DNA of 64,000 nt from Macrostomum lignano (taxonomy: Eukaryota), in NCBI GenBank assembly GCA_002269645.1, contig NIVC01001802.1, positions 12,088 to 76,087 of the forward strand, in the 5' to 3' direction. Below the pieces are notes generated by a model. That model worked only from the letters and a program-made list of their open reading frames with translations. It did no database searches and had not been told where the DNA came from. The position numbers were made by a program, and so were the translations under genes. Positions 60,291 through 64,000 of the stretch are shown piece after piece. Every line of letters starts with the position of its first letter. Within the stretch, counting starts at the first letter, position 1.

Positions 60291-63200
60291 ATGCCGCTCT
60301 ATGAGTTGCGAGTTTCTGCAGCGTTGGCTCTGCTGCTCTGCTCGCTGGCAGCCGGCCAGGTCTCCCAGTGCGCTCCCGCTGACTCTCTGCGGCTCCGCTT
60401 CGTGGCGCAGCTCAGCGTGAACGGCTGCGCGCTGTTCGTGCACGACACGGGAGCGAGCGACGGTCCGCACTTGGCAGTCGAGCCACTCATGTGCGTGACG
60501 GACAGCCTGAGAGGCATTGCTGCTCGATTTGACTCAATCGCTCAGCAAAAGTATGTTAATGTTCCCGTGTTGATGAAGGATGCTGGGATGCTCGCAGAGG
60601 CTCAGCGTCAACTGCAGCATCTGTCACCGAGTTCTGTGAGCTTCGCTAACGTAACCAACATCAGCGTGTCAGCCGACACGCGCTCATCGGTTCGAGTGTT
60701 GGGCTTCCTGTGGACTCCGAATGAGCCAGTAGCCACTCTAAGACTGGCGCTAGAGAAAAATAGCTGGCCTTTGCTTGTACGAAAACAGAGACAGTCGAAA
60801 GTACTATTTTTGAATAAACAAATCCAATGGTTTAAAATGCAAGACCGTTTCAAACATTCACCTCAGGAGGCTCTTGAAAAAGTGAAATTAATTGCTTCGA
60901 TTATTGCGAACGGCTCTTGCCATGACATTCAGAGCCGCGTCATGCTGCAAAACGACAGCATTTTCGATCTGGACTTGAACCGGCAAAAATTCTCACCTCT
61001 GGCGACATGCGGACAGCTGAAATTCATCCGCTCCATCAATCTCGAGAACTGCTCTCTCAGAGTGCACCAGAGACTCAACATGAAGGGCTACTTCCTCATC
61101 GAGCCTCTGCTGTGCCACAACGTCTCCAGCTTGAGCAGCGAGTCAGTCAGGTATGACTACAGCCGAGACATGCACTACCTGAAACTGGATCTGGTGCTGC
61201 AAGATGAGGCCACACGCGATGCTGTGAGGACTCAGTTGGCCGACTTGTCGCCTGGCTCGGTCGATTTAATGCGGCTGTGGACTGCTGAGAGATCGGTGAG
61301 CTCTTCGTTGAGTGCTCGGTTCGAGGTCGGTCCGCTGATGGCGTCGGCAGACTGGAGGTCCGCTCAGCTGCGGCTGTACTGCGGAAACTTGACGGAGTGC
61401 CGCGATCTCAGGTTGGCTGACATTTTGCCTTAGCAGGTTTACAATTTCATATCCAGGACTTTCTAAGTTAAGTTTTGCTACCTGGTAGTTATATGCTCTT
61501 TGCTGAACAGCTTCATCAAGAGTCTTAGCAAGAATAAAACTAAGATTCCTGACCTGAAAAAAAAGCAAAGCATCATACATGCCATAGTTCTTCAATATAA
61601 AAAATAAATGCATAGATTTCAGCAGCATCATTACCCCCTACTGTTTTCTACCTAAGGCTAGTAATTTCATAGTGAGCCTCAGGATGCATTCGAATTATTT
61701 GCTTTTGATGTTGAATTTTTTCAGTTTTCTACTAATTCGGTTTGTATTCCCCCGTAGCACTGTCCTTCAAAAAAGCAATTGATGACTTCTAGGTCTGCTG
61801 TGCTGACGGAGCCCACTGACCTGTGGCGACACGTGCAGTGGCGGGTGACATCGCTGGTTGCTGAGCAGTGCCTCTCCAATTCCAGCAAAATCACTTCATC
61901 ATGGAGAATGAAACCGTCTGAAGATGCATCCAGCTACACCAGTCTGAAGTCGTGGGCCAGGCTGCAATGCGCCTCTGCTCAACGCACAGAGAACTCTTCC
62001 AGTGTGTTTCAACTGCAGCCAGACGGTCGCTGCTTCCTGAAGATTCAGCAGCGACTTACTGGCATAGTGAGTTTCCAACGAAGCTGGACTGAGTACGAGA
62101 CTGGCTTCGGTGAGGGCACTGACTTCTGGATCGGTGAGCAGCCTTTTTGTATGACAGGAGTGGAAGCTGATCTTGTGCTTTTAGGTGACTAGGTGACTAA
62201 TTTTATGTTAAATGAGTGCCATCTCAAGATAGAAACCAGGCGCCTGGACACCGTGCGCCACTTCTTCAGAAGCCTGACGTCTTCCAGCTTCCGCCATTTC
62301 GCCATAAGATACGGAAAAGCGGGCCACTAGTGAAATCACCAGTGACCTCTGGACCGTAGCGAACAAAGAGCAGCCACGGCCAAGCTGTCAAGTGGCTGCA
62401 AACGAGAGCACAGAGGAAAGGAGTGCAGGGAACAGGCAGGCTGGTGTCGTCTGCGGTACCGCTTCGCTCGTGCTTGTTATGAACAGCGCGCATATGCGAA
62501 TGCGCTCTTCGTTCCGTGGAAACAAAACGCCTTTTTTCCGCCGGGCGCTTCTGGCGGTCAAAGCGTGCGCGATTACGCAACTGCGCCCTCGAGTTACAGT
62601 GTGCACAAGGCAAAAATATGATGCAATCGACGCGAACTCGTAGATGTGGAAGTACATGTAGTATTATTTTGTCTATCAGAACGCGGTATCTCATATCTCG
62701 CATTTTTATGTATTTTAGCTGAATGATACTCCGCTCAATTTGAAAGCTCATCTTGAAGAAAGATATCACAGTCTGGGTGGAGAAAAGCAGAAAGGCCGTC
62801 CACGTCCAGCTGGAACATTACCAGCCTTAAAGGGAGCTGGATGCATCAGCGGAGTTCATTCACGCATTAATCCAGATTTTTAGCACAACACAAGCTCAAA
62901 ATTAATAGAGATATATTTTTAAAATTTCATGAACATCCGAATCGCGACTCACCTGACTGCAGCGGCGACAAGCCGAGCAGAAGTGACTCAGACTCAGCCG
63001 CTCTCCTCCCGCAGGTCTCTCCGCCATCCACTCGCTCAGCCAGGGCGGCGCCACCCTCAGAGTGGAGATGAAGCTGTGGAACGGCTCTGAGCTGCATGCG
63101 GATTACGCGGGGTTCCAGGTGGGAGACGCCAGCACTGGGTATCGGATGACGTACCGAGAGATGCTGAGGCACAGGTCCAGTGTCAGCTTTGACGCTTTTT

Positions 63201-63432
63201 TGGAGCACCACAAGGACATGCGGTTTTCCACGATGGACAGGGACAATGACGTATCGCGTTATTCATGCTCAAACGAATGCGGTAGAGGAGGCTGGTGGTT
63301 TAAAGACTGCCATCACGTCAACCCTAACGCGGTTTTTCCTTCACGAGAGAAATAGAATGCAGGTATATGACCTGGCATTCTGGCTCCGTCTCGCTGTCTC
63401 TTCGTGAAGTACGGCTGATGCTGCAGATTTGA
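60291..63432 (+). CDS. Secreted FReD family paralogue D, with a -1 frameshift near the 3' end
   Basis: Exons 60291..61411, 61793..62133, 63015..63432 with GT-AG junctions at the same positions as in paralogue C. The frame hits TAG at 63353-63355, but the paralogue-like end (YMTWHS...LREVRLMLQI*) continues in another frame to TGA at 63430-63432. Confidence 0.8.
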
Positions 63433-63804
63433 GCATCAAAAATTTGCGCAGCAACTCAGTGACGCACTCTGTTGACTTAAATACAGCTTTGTCGGATTAA
63501 TACAAAAATATTTTATGAGACTAATGAGCACCATTAGCTTCTGCAAATTACTATCCACAAAATATAGTTTTCTTAAAACTCCCAGATTGCAGGAGTTTTA
63601 CAGATTTAAAACAGTCGAGCGCATAGAAACTAAAACAATATTTTTCTCGAATTTCAACTCAATAAACTCATTTTAGCAGGCACAGACAATTCCATTCGAA
63701 TGAGTTCACTATCTTAATTCCAGAAACCTGTGTAGTTTTGAAGTACACAAATTTTGTTCACAAATCTCTGTCAGTGCAAAGTTTTTACATTCGAATTTCC
63801 ATTA

Positions 63805-63935
63805 ACTGAAATCCGGTGTTCCCCTCCAGTACTTTCCCTCGTGCATTTTCCCTCAGGTATTTCCCCTCCAGTATTTCCCCTCCGGTACTTCCCCTCCGGT
63901 ATTTACCCTCCGGTATTTACCCTCCGGTATTTCGA
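63805..63935. repeat. ~16-bp tandem repeat (ggtatttcccctcc-like)
   Basis: About 7 imperfect units near the window end, possibly the subterminal region of a TE. Confidence 0.7.
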
Positions 63936-64000
63936 CTCTGAAGGAGGGGAAATTCTGGAGAGGAACGCCCAATGGAAATGTCCGGTATCCCGTTTGAGCA

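Noticed and set aside
62230-62770. GC-rich block with ORFs up to 167 aa inside intron 2 of paralogue D
   Set aside because: No recognisable motif, splice fit or terminal repeats; likely an unclassified TE fragment.

Overview
Eukaryotic (metazoan) genomic DNA with GT-AG spliced genes, GC-rich exons, AT-rich spacers and minisatellite-filled introns. The style suggests a free-living flatworm such as Macrostomum, but that is inference only. I could assemble eight gene models by hand with consistent splice phases: (1) a minus-strand secreted protein with two PAN/apple-like Cys modules and a divergent fibrinogen C-terminal domain (FReD); (2-5) four plus-strand paralogues of a secreted FReD family, three in tandem at 8-18 kb and one at 60-63 kb; (6) thymidine phosphorylase; (7) a ZNF280/POGZ-type multi-zinc-finger gene; (8) the ISWI/SMARCA5 chromatin remodeller. 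Mobile DNA includes decayed piggyBac and THAP/P-element transposases, a 5'-truncated RNase H-bearing LINE with a TSD, an RTE-like LINE fragment, two tRNA-derived SINE families and several hAT- and Mutator-type MITEs. The most interesting signal is the FReD family. Its N-terminal ~350 aa is a module I cannot assign to any known family, present twice in tandem. The duplication is supported by protein motifs, matching intron positions and a co-varying Cys pair, and the paralogues are mosaics of each other. Other oddities are an isolated 28S rRNA fragment covering the R2/I-PpoI target site and a Penelope-like inverted repeat with a degenerate hammerhead motif. All identifications rest on motif recognition by eye; no database searches were run.
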